Shown: piece by piece, positions 31,947 to 32,000 of the stretch
How positions within the stretch are numbered: the first letter of the stretch is position 1
Layout: every line of letters begins with the position of its first letter
IMG/VR virus record: IMGVR_UViG_3300045988_122038
Coordinates: 13,749-45,748 of that record
DNA length: 32,000 nt
Strand: one strand, 5' to 3'
Source: a virus
Position numbers and translations under genes: made by a program
Notes under the pieces: generated by a model
Seen by the model: the letters and a program-made list of their open reading frames with translations, nothing else
What the model was told of the DNA's origin: nothing
Database searches by the model: none

Positions 31947-32000
31947 GGTCCAGTGGTGTAGTGGTTAACATGCCTCCCTGTCACGGAGGAGATCGTGGGT
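31947..32000 (+). tRNA. tRNA-Asp (anticodon GTC), 5' part; truncated by the window end
   Basis: GGTCCAG-TG-GTGT-AGTGGTTA-ACAT-G-CCTCC-CTGTCAC-GGAGG-AGATC-GTGGG-T folds as acceptor, D arm, anticodon arm and the start of the T arm. Close to the Bacillus tRNA-Asp sequence as I remember it. Confidence 0.9.

Noticed and set aside
1-32000. Search for an integrase, CI/Cro-type switch, reverse transcriptase or DGR template/variable repeats, rRNA, and IS elements
   Set aside because: I recognised none in the window. The lysogeny module presumably lies to the left of the window. The fibre-gene similarities are protein-level only and lack the adenine-specific mismatch pattern of a DGR.

Overview
Almost the whole window is one AT-rich (about one-third G+C by eye) siphovirus-type phage or prophage of a low-GC Gram-positive (Bacillota-like) host. 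It ends about 200 bp before a partial tRNA-Asp gene at the right edge.

Layout, left to right:
- 1-3565 (+): small early genes. These include a sigma-70 region-4-like regulator, a zinc-ribbon mini-ORF missing from the ORF track, and four tandem paralogues saturated with the octamer AAAGTTTT.
- 3730-5696 (-): a tightly coupled five- or six-gene accessory operon of unknown function, headed by a ribbon-helix-helix (RHH) gene.
- 5726-6828: about 1.1 kb with no credible ORF. It holds face-to-face consensus promoters, direct repeats, a strong terminator, a GC-rich core (cos-site or ncRNA candidate) and a 15-bp perfect palindrome.
- 6829-12330 (+): HK97-like packaging and head module (HNH, TerS, TerL, portal, protease, major capsid).
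- 12487-26933 (+): connectors, major tail protein, G/GT chaperone with a canonical -1 frameshift, 1257-aa tape measure, Dit, Tal with a ricin-type lectin insert, and about ten baseplate or fibre genes.
- 26935-27827 (+): XkdX-like peptide, two membrane coiled-coil proteins, and a 77-aa sigma-region-4-only protein.
- 27926-30269 (+): an odd five-gene cassette (Q/N-rich, Met/Asn/Gln/Pro-rich, Gly-Tyr transmembrane plus Cys-rich, BclA/C1q-like, helical).
- 30349-31744 (+): holin and amidase endolysin.

Most interesting observations:
- the reverse-strand operon and its convergent-promoter/antisense control region
- the AAAGTTTT array
- a 19-nt identical palindromic site found upstream of both the packaging and lysis genes, with identical spacing to a -10-like hexamer
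- a roughly 60-nt non-coding element present twice
- an A10 slippery run at the capsid stop codon followed by a 51-codon open -1 frame
- the spore-surface-like late cassette

All functional calls come from motif recognition by eye and gene order. No database search was run.
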